From a virus (Duplodnaviria > Caudoviricetes): DNA of 59,340 nt. The position numbers were made by a program, and so were the translations under genes. This document shows positions 9,126 through 19,070 of this stretch, piece after piece (within the stretch, counting starts at the first letter, position 1; each line of letters begins with the position of its first letter). The stretch is taken from the IMG/VR virus record IMGVR_UViG_3300035670_000235, positions 1 through 59,340 of that record. One strand, given 5' to 3'. Below the pieces are notes generated by a model that worked only from the letters and a program-made list of their open reading frames with translations, did no database searches and was not told the DNA's origin.

Positions 9126-11309
9126 ATGGCAACGTACAGCAACCTTGGCATTACGCTGATCACCACAGGTGATGAAAGCGGTACTTGGGGTACCACCACT
9201 AATAGCAACTTCGAGAACATTCTCGATGAGGCTATTGCTGGTGCAGTCACGTACAACATCTCCAGTGATGCCGACTTCACGCTGACGGTCGTTGATGCCA
9301 CCTCTAGCGACGCTCGTCATGCTGTCATCAAGTTTACCTCGACTACGCTCTCCGCTACTCGCACCTGCACGTTCGCCCCCGACACCTTGCAGAAGACTTG
9401 GGTAGTCATTAACGCCACGACCGGCGGGCAGTCCCTTACATTCAAGCAAGGCTCCTCAGGAGCCACCGTCACGGTGCCTAACGGTGAGAGTGCCATTATT
9501 TATTCCGATGGCGCTGGAGCCACCAACGGCGCTATTACGCGCGTTCTGGATAGCTTTACCAACACCAAGATCACGACTGGCACATTGAATGCCACGACCT
9601 TGGATTTGACCAACCTTGAAGTGACAAACATCAAGGCGAAGGATGGTACTGCCGCCCTGACTATTGCCGATAGCACGGGCAAAGTGACTGTCAGTTCGGA
9701 GTTGGCAGTAGACAATCTTAATCTGTCCGGCAATGCCATTACCTCGACCAACAGCAATGGCAATATTGATCTGACTCCAAATGGGACTGGTGAGGTCAAT
9801 ATCACCAAGGTCGATATCGACTCTGGAGCTATCGACGGCACCACCATTGGCGCGAACTCTGCTGCCGCAGGCACCTTTACCACGCTAACCGCCACCACTT
9901 TAGGCGGGGCGTTGAATGCTAACAACCAAGCTATCACTAATGTCAATATTGATTCTGGCGCTATTGACGGTGTAACTCTGGGTACTAACTCTCCAGTTAC
10001 CAATGCTCAGATTGACAATATCAATATCAATGGCAATGCCATTACGTCCACGGACACCAATGGCAACATTGATCTCACGCCTAATGGAACCGGTGAAGTC
10101 AACATCACCAAGGTTGATATTGATGGCGGCGTAATTGATAACGTAACTATTGGTGGCTCCACGGCAGCTGCAGGCACCTTTACGACGGTTTCTGCCACGA
10201 CCGGTAATATCACTAGTGTCAACGCCACGACCGTCGACGCCACTAACGTAGAAGTTACCAATATCAAGGCCAAGGATGGCACGGCTGCCGCTACCATTGC
10301 TGATAGCACCGGCAAGATTACAGTTAGCACAGAACTTGCTGTCGACAATCTTAACCTGTCTGGTAATGCCATTACCTCAACAAACACGAATGGCAATATC
10401 GACCTGACCCCAAACGGGACTGGCGAAGTCAATATTACTAAGGTTGATATTGATTCCGGCACGATTGACGGCACATCTGTTGGAGCAAGCAGCGCATCTA
10501 CTGGCGCATTTACCACCTTGTCCGCAACTGGCAATGTTGATTTTAATGGCGGCACATTTGTATTTAATGATTCTGGCGCAGACAAAGACGCTAGGTTTGA
10601 AGGCGATACTGATACTAATTTGCTATTTTTAGATGCCAGCGCTGATACCGTTTTTGTCGGAACTACTAGCAACACTAATAGCAGCAAGTTGGTTGTTAAC
10701 GGCACAATCAGCGAAACAGTCAGTAGCACCCAATACCTTGTCGCCTCGCAGTACGACATCGGCACTGATCCGAACGAGATCCCGCTGAACCAGTACCTAG
10801 GTGCTTTGGCCTATGTAGACAGCGAATGGGTCGCACCGCAAGTGGGGTCAGGCATCACCGGCGGAACCGGTACGATCTGCAAGACCAGTTTTGCCGTCGA
10901 GGGCGGCGTCAAGAAAATGCAAGTGCTGATTGACCTGACCGGGTTGAACAGCGGCGGCACAGCGGGTGATATTATCGGCGTTAATGGCACGGCGAACCCC
11001 TGCTACATCGCGCAGATTCCAAGCACGTTCACCATCTTGGGCGGCAGGATGACTTGCCTAGAAACTCCGGCTGGCGGCGATACCGACATTGACTTGTATT
11101 CTGCTACCGAAGGAACCGGCGTGGAGGATCAGGCTATCACTGCACTGACTGAAACGCAGATTATCAACGCGGGTACGCAGTCGGCAGGAACGGTGACGTA
11201 TTTCTCCGCTGACCCTGCTGCGAACACGTATTTCTATTTGGTTGGTCAGAGTACATCGAATGCGACGTATACCGCCGGTCGCTTCCTCATTGAAGTTTTT
11301 GGAGCATAA
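9126..11309 (+). CDS. Tail fibre/spike-like protein with internal repeats
   Basis: GDESGTWGTTTN N-terminus; GNAITST.(S/T)NGNIDLTPNGTGEVNITKVDID repeated three times. Confidence 0.75.
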   Translation: MATYSNLGITLITTGDESGTWGTTTNSNFENILDEAIAGAVTYNISSDADFTLTVVDATSSDARHAVIKFTSTTLSATRTCTFAPDTLQKTWVVINATTGGQSLTFKQGSSGATVTVPNGESAIIYSDGAGATNGAITRVLDSFTNTKITTGTLNATTLDLTNLEVTNIKAKDGTAALTIADSTGKVTVSSELAVDNLNLSGNAITSTNSNGNIDLTPNGTGEVNITKVDIDSGAIDGTTIGANSAAAGTFTTLTATTLGGALNANNQAITNVNIDSGAIDGVTLGTNSPVTNAQIDNININGNAITSTDTNGNIDLTPNGTGEVNITKVDIDGGVIDNVTIGGSTAAAGTFTTVSATTGNITSVNATTVDATNVEVTNIKAKDGTAAATIADSTGKITVSTELAVDNLNLSGNAITSTNTNGNIDLTPNGTGEVNITKVDIDSGTIDGTSVGASSASTGAFTTLSATGNVDFNGGTFVFNDSGADKDARFEGDTDTNLLFLDASADTVFVGTTSNTNSSKLVVNGTISETVSSTQYLVASQYDIGTDPNEIPLNQYLGALAYVDSEWVAPQVGSGITGGTGTICKTSFAVEGGVKKMQVLIDLTGLNSGGTAGDIIGVNGTANPCYIAQIPSTFTILGGRMTCLETPAGGDTDIDLYSATEGTGVEDQAITALTETQIINAGTQSAGTVTYFSADPAANTYFYLVGQSTSNATYTAGRFLIEVFGA

Positions 11310-11312
11310 TTT

Positions 11313-13067
11313 ATGAGTCTCTCATCTAACTTCCCGACAATTCGTCCTTCGCTCCTTCTGGACTTTGCCAACGTCGGCAGACTCGATCCCCGCGTGACCT
11401 TCACCCGCGCTACCACGGCGACGTACTACGATGGCGTAACTACGGCGAAGGCGGAAGAAAATTTGCTGTTGCAGTCGCAAGCCTTAACGACAAGCCCTTG
11501 GACAACAACAAGTTTGAGTGCAGTCGGAAGTAAAACTGCGCCGGATGGAACTGCAACTGCAATAGAAATTACGGCGACAGCAACTAATGGTCGTACTCGT
11601 CAAACGGTGACAGTAGTTTCCGGTCAAACATACACACACTCCATGTTTGTTCGCCGCGTAACAGGGTCGGGAAACGTGACCTTGGCGATATTAGATTCTG
11701 GAGGCACCGCGTTATTTTCAACGGTAATGTCGCTAACTTCGGACTGGCAAAGATTCACAGTCTCGGGAGCGCCAGCGGTAACTTCGATTCAAGCAGGTAT
11801 TATTATCGCCACTAGCACTGATGCGGTTGAAGTCTGGGGCGCCCAACTCGAACAACGCTCCAGCGTCACGGCATACACGGCAACGACAACGCAGGCAATT
11901 ACGAACTACATCCCGGTGCTGCTGACGGCGCAGAATGATGTGCCGCGTTTTGATCACACCCCGACCACAGGTGCGGCGCTGGGGTTGCTGATCGAGGAGC
12001 AGCGGACGAATCTGCTGTTACAGTCGGAAGATTTTAGTACGACTTGGGCAGCAACCGGCGCAACGGTTACTACCAACGCAACGACTGCTCCAAGTGGATC
12101 AGCAACAGCCGATAAGTTGGTAGCAGGTTCTGGGATAACTGTTAGTCCGTCGGCAGTTTCCGCATTTGTGCGGCAAAACATCACAAAGGCTGCGACAGCG
12201 ACCACTTATACTTTTAGCCTTTTTGCAAAAGCCGGTGAATTTAATGCTGTTCGTCTTTTTGCAAGAGATGATGCGACATCGGCAAACAATGCTGCTGTAA
12301 CTGCCTTATTGACTGACGGAACGGTTTTAACAGCAGCGGCTGCTGCTGGAACTTTTACCAATGCGAGCGTAGTCATTACAAATGTTGGCAATGGCTGGTA
12401 TCGAGTCGCTTTGACTTTTACCACTTCAACTGAAACGGCTTTGCGTCTTATTTACGCCGTAGGCGATTCATCCTCAACGACTGGTGATGCAAGCAAGGGC
12501 ATCTTTATCTGGGGCGCACAACTAGAAGTCGGTGCGTTCGCCACTTCCTACATCCCCACAACCACCACCGCGCTGACTCGCAACGCCGATGTCGCCAGCA
12601 TGACGGGGACGAATTTCTCGTCGTGGTATTCGGCAAGTGAGGGGACGATGTTTGGAGAAGCATTTGTTCATACTGCGCCAAACAATGGAAATATCCCATG
12701 TATATTGAGTTTTGATGATGGGACTGCAAATAATCGTATTCAAATTTATCGCGCAAATAATAGCGGCAATCCACATCTGGGATTTGTAGTGGTTTCTGGA
12801 GGTTCAGTTTCAACTATTCGGACAACAGCCTCCACTCAAAGTCAACCCGGAAAAATTGCAGGCGCGTACAAAGTTGATGATTTTGCAGCGTCTGGAAATG
12901 GCAGCACTCCATCTACCGATACGACAGGAACCGTGCCGACGGTAACTCAAGCGCAAATTGGAAACGGTACTGGTTCAGGAATAGTTAATTTGAACGGCTG
13001 GATTGCCCGCCTTGCCTACTACCCAACCCGGCTGCCTAACGCTACGCTGGTTGCGTTAACGAGTTGA
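11313..13067 (+). CDS. Receptor-binding fibre/spike with two NLLLQS...WGAQLE modules and lectin-like C-terminus
   Basis: LLDFAN...TFTRAT; GLLIEEQRTNLL; WGAQLE x2; ATSYIPTT...TRNAD. Confidence 0.75.
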   Translation: MSLSSNFPTIRPSLLLDFANVGRLDPRVTFTRATTATYYDGVTTAKAEENLLLQSQALTTSPWTTTSLSAVGSKTAPDGTATAIEITATATNGRTRQTVTVVSGQTYTHSMFVRRVTGSGNVTLAILDSGGTALFSTVMSLTSDWQRFTVSGAPAVTSIQAGIIIATSTDAVEVWGAQLEQRSSVTAYTATTTQAITNYIPVLLTAQNDVPRFDHTPTTGAALGLLIEEQRTNLLLQSEDFSTTWAATGATVTTNATTAPSGSATADKLVAGSGITVSPSAVSAFVRQNITKAATATTYTFSLFAKAGEFNAVRLFARDDATSANNAAVTALLTDGTVLTAAAAAGTFTNASVVITNVGNGWYRVALTFTTSTETALRLIYAVGDSSSTTGDASKGIFIWGAQLEVGAFATSYIPTTTTALTRNADVASMTGTNFSSWYSASEGTMFGEAFVHTAPNNGNIPCILSFDDGTANNRIQIYRANNSGNPHLGFVVVSGGSVSTIRTTASTQSQPGKIAGAYKVDDFAASGNGSTPSTDTTGTVPTVTQAQIGNGTGSGIVNLNGWIARLAYYPTRLPNATLVALTS

Positions 13068-13690
13068 CTATGAGCAAACCACGCTTAAATCTTGTTGGGC
13101 AGCGATTTGGCAAACTTTATGTGATTGCTAGAGTAGAACCGCCAGTTGGAAAAACTAGATTTGTATGTGATTGCGATTGCGGCAATAAAACTGTTGCAAC
13201 TGGCATAGACATCAAATCTGGTAATACAACTTCGTGTGGATGCTTTAAGAAAGTTGTTGGCAAAACTTCTAATCTTAAGCACGGCGGGGCATCTGGAAAG
13301 TTTACTGGCGCGTATAAGGCGTGGCGGTCAATGAAGCAAAGATGCCTAGATAAAAACTGCAAAGCATATTCAGATTACGGCGCAAAAGGCGTTACTGTCT
13401 GCCAACAATGGATTGATTCGTTTGAATCTTTTTTGGCTGATATGGGCGAACGTCCTGATGGCTACAGTTTAGAGCGAATAAATGTTTTTGACGGGTATCA
13501 TCCTGCAAACTGCAAATGGATACCGTTGGCCGAGCAAATTAAGAATCAGCGCAAAACTGTTCGTTACAACGTTAATGGAACAATTATGATTCAAGCAGAC
13601 GCAGCGCGGCATCTTGGGATTAGCCCATCATCGTTGTTGGAGATGCGCCGAAAAGGGCGTTTGCCCAATGGCATAGGATTGCCAGCATGA
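13064..13690 (+). mobile_element. Free-standing HNH-type homing endonuclease (likely start 13070)
   Basis: GQRFGKL...C.CDCG...SCGC; W.SMKQRC; YG.KGV.VC..W; SLERIN...Y.P.NCKW; AT-rich. Confidence 0.85.
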
Positions 13691-13734
13691 CCGATTACCA
13701 TCTCCGCGCTAGTGACGCCACAGCCCTGATTTAG
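13687..13734 (+). pseudogene. 15-codon relic (MTDYHLRASDATALI*) resembling the start of the next gene
   Basis: ATGA overlap with HNH stop; TDY.L...D matches MYTDYYLKFTD of 13743..14060. Confidence 0.45.
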
Positions 13735-13742
13735 GAGCCACC

Positions 13743-14060
13743 ATGTACACCGACTACTATCTGAAATTCACCGACGAAGCAGAAGCCCGCGCTGTGCTGT
13801 ATCGCAAAGAGGGCGTGGTGGAAGCATCCGAAGGCGTGGAAGCGAGCGAAGGCTACGAGGTTCCCAACTTCCGCGCTATCGACCTAATCGGCACGATCTA
13901 CAAGCCGACCGGCAATATGCTTCAGACCGAAGAGGGTGAAGTGGCAGAGATGGCTGCAATCCCCGGCTACCATGTCAACGTGCGCGTAGTGGGCGAAGAT
14001 GCGTCGGCATTAGAGCCGTACCGAATTGTTCCTAATAATCCAGTGAGAGGTTGGGCGTGA
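13743..14060 (+). CDS. Putative fibre-associated/chaperone protein
   Basis: DYYLKF.DE...ID.IGTIY..TG...GYHVNVR...P.NPVR.W, typical downstream of fibres. Confidence 0.6.
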   Translation: MYTDYYLKFTDEAEARAVLYRKEGVVEASEGVEASEGYEVPNFRAIDLIGTIYKPTGNMLQTEEGEVAEMAAIPGYHVNVRVVGEDASALEPYRIVPNNPVRGWA

Positions 14061-14061
14061 C

Positions 14062-14283
14062 ATGGAATTGCAGGTTCTCTTTAACATCATTGTTGGCGTA
14101 GCTGGCATGTTTGGCGGCTGGATCTTAAACAACATCAGCCAATCTATTCGCACTCTGGACAAAGACGTTCGCAGCATGCCGCTGACCTACGTCACTCAGG
14201 TTCACTACCAACGCGACATTGATGACATCAAGAACATGCTGAGCAAGATCTTTGACAAGCTAGACGAGAAGGCGGACAAGTAA
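14062..14283 (+). CDS. Small membrane protein (1 TM + coiled coil)
   Basis: Hydrophobic N-terminus; ends KLDEKADK. Confidence 0.6.
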   Translation: MELQVLFNIIVGVAGMFGGWILNNISQSIRTLDKDVRSMPLTYVTQVHYQRDIDDIKNMLSKIFDKLDEKADK

Positions 14284-14444
14284 TGGAAATGGGGGTTATC
14301 GAAATCCTCATTAAGGCGTGGCCGATATTGCTGGCCATCATTACGCTCATCATTGTTCTGGCAAAGCTGGATCTTCGTGTTGCGGTGCTGGAAGAAAAGA
14401 TGAAGACCCTGTTTGACTTGTTTAACAAGAAGGCGGACAAATGA
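14283..14444 (+). CDS. 53-aa membrane protein (missing from ORF track)
   Basis: MEMGVIEILIKAWPILLAIITLIIVLAK...FNKKADK*; overlaps both neighbours (TAATG, ATGA). Confidence 0.65.
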   Translation: MEMGVIEILIKAWPILLAIITLIIVLAKLDLRVAVLEEKMKTLFDLFNKKADK

Positions 14445-14650
14445 ATATGGAAGCCAAACTTCGCGGTGCTATTAAATCCCGCATGATGTGGGTCAATGCG
14501 CTGCTGGCGGTGCTGGGCGGTTTGGAGCTACTTGGCTCCCACTTGACTGCTCTGTACGGCACCGAGGTGGCTGCGGCCATTCTGCTTGTTGGCGGTGTGA
14601 CCAACATGGTGCTTCGGTCTATTACCACTTCGGCTCTTGAAGACAAATGA
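14441..14650 (+). CDS. Holin-like 2-TM protein
   Basis: KSRMMWVN, two hydrophobic segments, LR.ITT C-terminus; lysis module. Confidence 0.55.
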   Translation: MNMEAKLRGAIKSRMMWVNALLAVLGGLELLGSHLTALYGTEVAAAILLVGGVTNMVLRSITTSALEDK

Positions 14651-15039
14651 TCCAAGCGCTGATCCCCACTATCGCGCCGATTCTGGGCAAGGTTGTTAGC
14701 AATCTGTTTCCCGATCCGGAGCAGAAAGCCAAGGCCGAAGCCGAGATGATGAAGGCGTTGCTCGCGCATCAAGCCGAGATAGAGGGGGCAGCGGCTAAGA
14801 TCATTCAAACCGAAGCAGCGTCGCAGCACTGGCTGGCGGCTAACTGGCGACCGCTTACCATGTTGGTTTTTGTGTGCCTAATCGTCGCCCGCTGGTTTGG
14901 GTGGGCAGCGCCGAACCTGTCCGAAGCTGAGTACGTCAAGCTCTGGAGCATCGTCGAGTTTGGACTAGGCGGCTATGTAGTGGGTCGCAGCGTGGAGAAG
15001 ATCGCGCCGTCTATTGCTGACGCCATGAGGAAGCGGTAA
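14647..15039 (+). CDS. 3TM holin (GTA-type holin family)
   Basis: EAASQHWLAANWRP...LGGYVVGRS.EK. Confidence 0.75.
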   Translation: MIQALIPTIAPILGKVVSNLFPDPEQKAKAEAEMMKALLAHQAEIEGAAAKIIQTEAASQHWLAANWRPLTMLVFVCLIVARWFGWAAPNLSEAEYVKLWSIVEFGLGGYVVGRSVEKIAPSIADAMRKR

Positions 15040-15410
15040 TGGATTGGAAGTTCTATCCCAACTTTAAAGCCGATGAGTTTAACTGCTCTCACTGCGGCGA
15101 CAACAAAATGACGCCCGAGTTCATGGGTAAGCTTCAGGCTCTGCGTACTGCCTATGGAAAGCCCATGCGCGTGACCTCGGGCTACCGCTGCCCCAAGCAT
15201 CCGATAGAGGCTAAGAAGGCGGCTCCAGGTGCGCATGCTTCTGGGTGTGCCTGCGACATCGGGGTGGAGGGGGCGGACGCCCACAGGCTGCTAAAGCTTG
15301 CCATGGAGATGGGCTTTACCGGCATCGGTGTCCAGCAGAAAGGAGCGGGGCGGTTTATCCATTTAGACACGTTGACCACGGGAGTTAGACCTACCGTTTG
15401 GTCTTATTAA
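15039..15410 (+). CDS. Endolysin, peptidase M15A family
   Basis: NF..DEF.C.HCG; SGYRC..H; H..G.A.DI; GIG...FIHLD. Confidence 0.85.
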   Translation: MDWKFYPNFKADEFNCSHCGDNKMTPEFMGKLQALRTAYGKPMRVTSGYRCPKHPIEAKKAAPGAHASGCACDIGVEGADAHRLLKLAMEMGFTGIGVQQKGAGRFIHLDTLTTGVRPTVWSY

Positions 15411-15431
15411 ACATATCAGGTTGGGGGATGA

Positions 15432-17261
15432 ATGCCGTTAACCAAGCCAAAATTTCAACCTGGTGTTAACAAGGAAGGCACCGAGTACACCGCTGATGGC
15501 GGTTGGTTTGATTCCGACAAGGTTCGTTTTCGGCAGGGCAGGCCAGAAAAGATTGGCGGCTGGCAGAAATACATTAGCTCCTCTTTCTTGGGGACTTGCC
15601 GATCAATCTATGACTGGGCTACTAACCTCTTCTCGACATACCTGAGCTTTGGTACCAACCTGAAGTTTTATGTCAACGAAGGTACGTCCATCTATGACAT
15701 CACGCCCATTCGGAAGACCGTTAATCCGATGGCGAATGACCCCTTCACCAGTGGGGCAGCAGGCTCGGTAGAGGTCACGGTAGCAGATACAGGTCATGGT
15801 GCTGTCGTTAATGACTTCGTGACCTTTAGCGGGGCCACTACATTCGATGGCATCCCTGCAGCCGATCTAAATAAAGAGCATCAGATCACGCAGATCATTG
15901 ACGCCAATAGCTACAAGATTGTTGTAGCTACACCTTGCACGACGGGTGGAATTTCTGGTGGCGGTGCTGCGGTAATAGCTGCCTATCAAATCAACGTCGG
16001 ATTAGATGTGTATGTTCCAAGCACCGGCTGGGGTATTGGCCCTTGGGGTTCTGGGTCTTGGGGTCTTGGATCTGCCATTACTGCCTCCAGTCAGTTACGC
16101 CTTTGGTCGCAAGACAACTACGGAAATGATCTGGTATTTAATGTTCGATTAGGCGGTGTCTACTACTGGGATCAAAGTGCTGGTGTCACCACTAGAGCTA
16201 TCGCTTTGTCGGCAGTGAGTGGTGCATCTGATGCACCTGTTATTGCCACCAAGATCATGGTAAGTGAAAACGCCGCTCAGGTATTGGCATTTGGTTGCAA
16301 CCCCATTGGGTCTACCAGCATTGACCCTTTGCTGGTCAGATGGTCTAAGTCAGACAGCCCAATTGACTGGACTCCGACGTCCACCAATGACGCTGGCGGG
16401 CAGCTGCTCAGTTCCGGCTCGTTTATTGTGACGGCGCAAAAGACCAAGCAGGAGGTGCTGATCTTTACCGATGCTGGCCTGTACAGCATGCGATATGTCG
16501 GATCGCCCTTTGTGTATTCGTTCTCGCTGGTGTCGGATTACCATGGCTGCCTATCTCCGAACTGCGTGGCAGATGCTGACGGCCTTGTGTTCTTTATGGA
16601 CGAAGGTAACTTCTATGTTTACAACGGCGCAGTGCAGACATTGGATTGCACTGTATTGGACTATGTATTCTCCGATCTTAATTTAGGCCAGGCATATAAG
16701 ATCTTTGCTGGCACCAACACCAAGTTCTCGGAAGTGACTTGGTACTATCCATCTAGCAATTCGCAAGAGATCAATCGGTACGTCACCTACAACTACAAAG
16801 AGCAGATCTGGTACATCGGCACCATGGAACGCACTGCGTACTATGAGTCTGCCCTAAAGAACTTCCCGATAGCCGCTGGCAAGGCCAACGGTTACAACTA
16901 TCTATACCAGCACGAGGTCGGCTACGACGCTGACGGCAGCCCTTTGACTGCCTACATTGAGTCGGGCAGTCTTGAGCTAGACCCGGGTCAGAAATTCATG
17001 TTTATGTCTAGGGTCATCCCCGACTTTAAGTTCAAAGGAAGCACCAGTTCGAATATGATTAGCCTTGTCATTAAGGGCAAGGATTACCCATTGCAGAACC
17101 TGAATGTCAAATCAACCTCGACAGTGGGTTCATCCACCGATCAGGTATTTGTCCGAAACCGGATGCGACAGGCAGCGGTTCGGGTGGAAAGCACTGGGCT
17201 TGGCTATGGCTGGCGATTAGGTGACCTTCGCTTCGACCTTCGCACGGACGGGCAGCGCTAA
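15432..17261 (+). CDS. Tail hub / DNA stabilisation protein (P22 gp10-like)
   Basis: PGVNKEGT.Y...GWFDSDKVRFR.G.PEKIGGW; beta-propeller-like body; ends DGQR. Confidence 0.7.
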   Translation: MPLTKPKFQPGVNKEGTEYTADGGWFDSDKVRFRQGRPEKIGGWQKYISSSFLGTCRSIYDWATNLFSTYLSFGTNLKFYVNEGTSIYDITPIRKTVNPMANDPFTSGAAGSVEVTVADTGHGAVVNDFVTFSGATTFDGIPAADLNKEHQITQIIDANSYKIVVATPCTTGGISGGGAAVIAAYQINVGLDVYVPSTGWGIGPWGSGSWGLGSAITASSQLRLWSQDNYGNDLVFNVRLGGVYYWDQSAGVTTRAIALSAVSGASDAPVIATKIMVSENAAQVLAFGCNPIGSTSIDPLLVRWSKSDSPIDWTPTSTNDAGGQLLSSGSFIVTAQKTKQEVLIFTDAGLYSMRYVGSPFVYSFSLVSDYHGCLSPNCVADADGLVFFMDEGNFYVYNGAVQTLDCTVLDYVFSDLNLGQAYKIFAGTNTKFSEVTWYYPSSNSQEINRYVTYNYKEQIWYIGTMERTAYYESALKNFPIAAGKANGYNYLYQHEVGYDADGSPLTAYIESGSLELDPGQKFMFMSRVIPDFKFKGSTSSNMISLVIKGKDYPLQNLNVKSTSTVGSSTDQVFVRNRMRQAAVRVESTGLGYGWRLGDLRFDLRTDGQR

Positions 17262-17512
17262 TGGCTGGCAGAATCCCACTCACCCTACCCATAGCTGCCC
17301 CTGCCTATGACAAGTTCAACGAGGCATTGACTCGCCGCACCTTGGAGCTGGAGATTCAGGAGCTTCGCTCTGAGGTACTACGAGCCAAAACGCAGGGCGA
17401 TAGCGTGGGCAGTCTTGCCATGAAACGCTTTCAGTTCATGCCCCTGTATCCATCCCAAAAAACGACCAACAATGTCGGGGAATGGCTGGGTGGCTGGGGA
17501 GGGTGCTGCTAA
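17261..17512 (+). CDS. Hypothetical virion protein
   Basis: LP.A...YD..NE...RR.LE pattern, coupled to hub gene. Confidence 0.55.
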   Translation: MAGRIPLTLPIAAPAYDKFNEALTRRTLELEIQELRSEVLRAKTQGDSVGSLAMKRFQFMPLYPSQKTTNNVGEWLGGWGGCC

Positions 17513-17847
17513 TGTCCTTCCAGAACATCACTGGGCTGAAGCTGGGGCAGGCCGCCATCACAACTAGCTACACCACGCTCTATACCGTCCCTACAGGCAC
17601 TCGCGCCTATGTCAAGGGCATGGATATCTGTAACACCACAGGCTCCTCTATTGGCCTCTACGTGTCTTTTGTGCCATCTGCTGGATCGGCAGGGGCTAGC
17701 AACGCGGTGTTCTATAATGCCGCCATTCCTGCTTACACCACGGTTCAGTGGTGCGGAACGCAGATCCTCAATGCCGGTGACACCATCCAAGTGAAGGCAT
17801 CAGCCACCGGCTGCACCATCACCGCTAGCGGTGGAGAAGCGCTGTGA
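17512..17847 (+). CDS. Small beta-rich virion protein (paralog of 19071..19406)
   Basis: Start MSFQNIT; LGQ...TTLYTVP...ICNT...LNAGD.I.V.AS. Confidence 0.6.
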   Translation: MSFQNITGLKLGQAAITTSYTTLYTVPTGTRAYVKGMDICNTTGSSIGLYVSFVPSAGSAGASNAVFYNAAIPAYTTVQWCGTQILNAGDTIQVKASATGCTITASGGEAL

Positions 17848-19061
17848 TCTCGGTATACCCGGCTGGTGTACAGGATGTTGCCCTCGGTGGCACCAACCTC
17901 GATGCCTTCGGAAGGCTTCGGGTGTCGAATCCGTTTACCCTGTTTGATAGTCAGAACCGATATGGCAAAGACCCTCAGTTTGATGAGTCCCTGACGGGTT
18001 CTGCCACCAGCACCTACTTGGCCAATGAGTCGTCGGTAGAGCTTGCGGTTACCACCGCATCTGGAGATAAGGTAGTTAGGCAGTCAATGCGGGTGTTTCC
18101 GTATCAGCCGGGCAAGAGCTTGCTGGTTCTTGCCACCTTCACCATGGCAGCTGGAGAGGAAAACCTTCAGCAGCGAGTTGGTTATTTCAATACTAACAAT
18201 GGTGTGTTCTTTCAGCAGAAGGACGATGTGCTGTCTTTTGTTGTGAGAACCTACACGGGCGGATCTGCCAGTGATGCCCGCACTGTCAATCAGGCTGACT
18301 GGAATGGAGACAAGTTAGATGGAACCGGTTCCAGCGGTATTACGCTGGATGAGACCAAGACTCAAATCTTGTTTTTGGACTTTGAGTGGTTGGGTGTGGG
18401 GTCTGTGCGCTGTGGGTTCATCATTGACGGGCAGTTCATTGTTGCTCATACATTCAACAATGCAAACTCGCAGACTGCCGTTTATATGCAGACCGCTATC
18501 CTGCCGGTTCGCTATGAGATAGAGGCAACTGGAGCGTTATCCACTTCTGCATCGATGAAGCAGATCTGCTCGTCGGTTGTTTCTGAAGGTGGTTACAGTC
18601 AGATATCGGCTGAAAGTATTGCCAGACGAACCGCCGCACTGGGTTCTATTAGCACAACCTTTTTGCCATTGGTTTCGATTCGCCTTGCATCAGATTCACT
18701 TGGCGCAGTGGTGATTCCATCGAACGTCAAGGTTCTCCCAACCAGCACTGCCGACTACGAGATTGTGTTGGTAAAGAATGCAACCTTGACTGGCGCCTCT
18801 TATGACACATCCACGTTCGCGCATGTGGATTACGACGTTACCGCTACGGCAATGACGGGTGGCACGATCGTACAGTTGTCTTATGCAACAGCAACCAACC
18901 AAGCGGCTGGTCAAGCCACGCCAGAAATTGGCTACAACTTTCACTTGCAGTTAGGCGTGACCTTGGGTGGGGTCAGCGATGTCTACACCATCGGTATTCG
19001 CACCTTCAGTGGCACAGGCAGTGCTGTTGGATCTCTGGCCTTCTACGACCTGACAACCTAA
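17844..19061 (+). CDS. Putative virion protein (lectin/beta-sandwich-like)
   Basis: DAFGRLRVS.P.TLFDS; YQPGKS; WNGDKLDG.G; EWLGVG.VR.GF. Confidence 0.6.
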   Translation: MISVYPAGVQDVALGGTNLDAFGRLRVSNPFTLFDSQNRYGKDPQFDESLTGSATSTYLANESSVELAVTTASGDKVVRQSMRVFPYQPGKSLLVLATFTMAAGEENLQQRVGYFNTNNGVFFQQKDDVLSFVVRTYTGGSASDARTVNQADWNGDKLDGTGSSGITLDETKTQILFLDFEWLGVGSVRCGFIIDGQFIVAHTFNNANSQTAVYMQTAILPVRYEIEATGALSTSASMKQICSSVVSEGGYSQISAESIARRTAALGSISTTFLPLVSIRLASDSLGAVVIPSNVKVLPTSTADYEIVLVKNATLTGASYDTSTFAHVDYDVTATAMTGGTIVQLSYATATNQAAGQATPEIGYNFHLQLGVTLGGVSDVYTIGIRTFSGTGSAVGSLAFYDLTT

Positions 19062-19070
19062 AGAGGAATC

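Noticed and set aside
11313-13740. Diversity-generating retroelement acting on the fibre
   Set aside because: No reverse transcriptase and no TR/VR pair with adenine-specific differences seen
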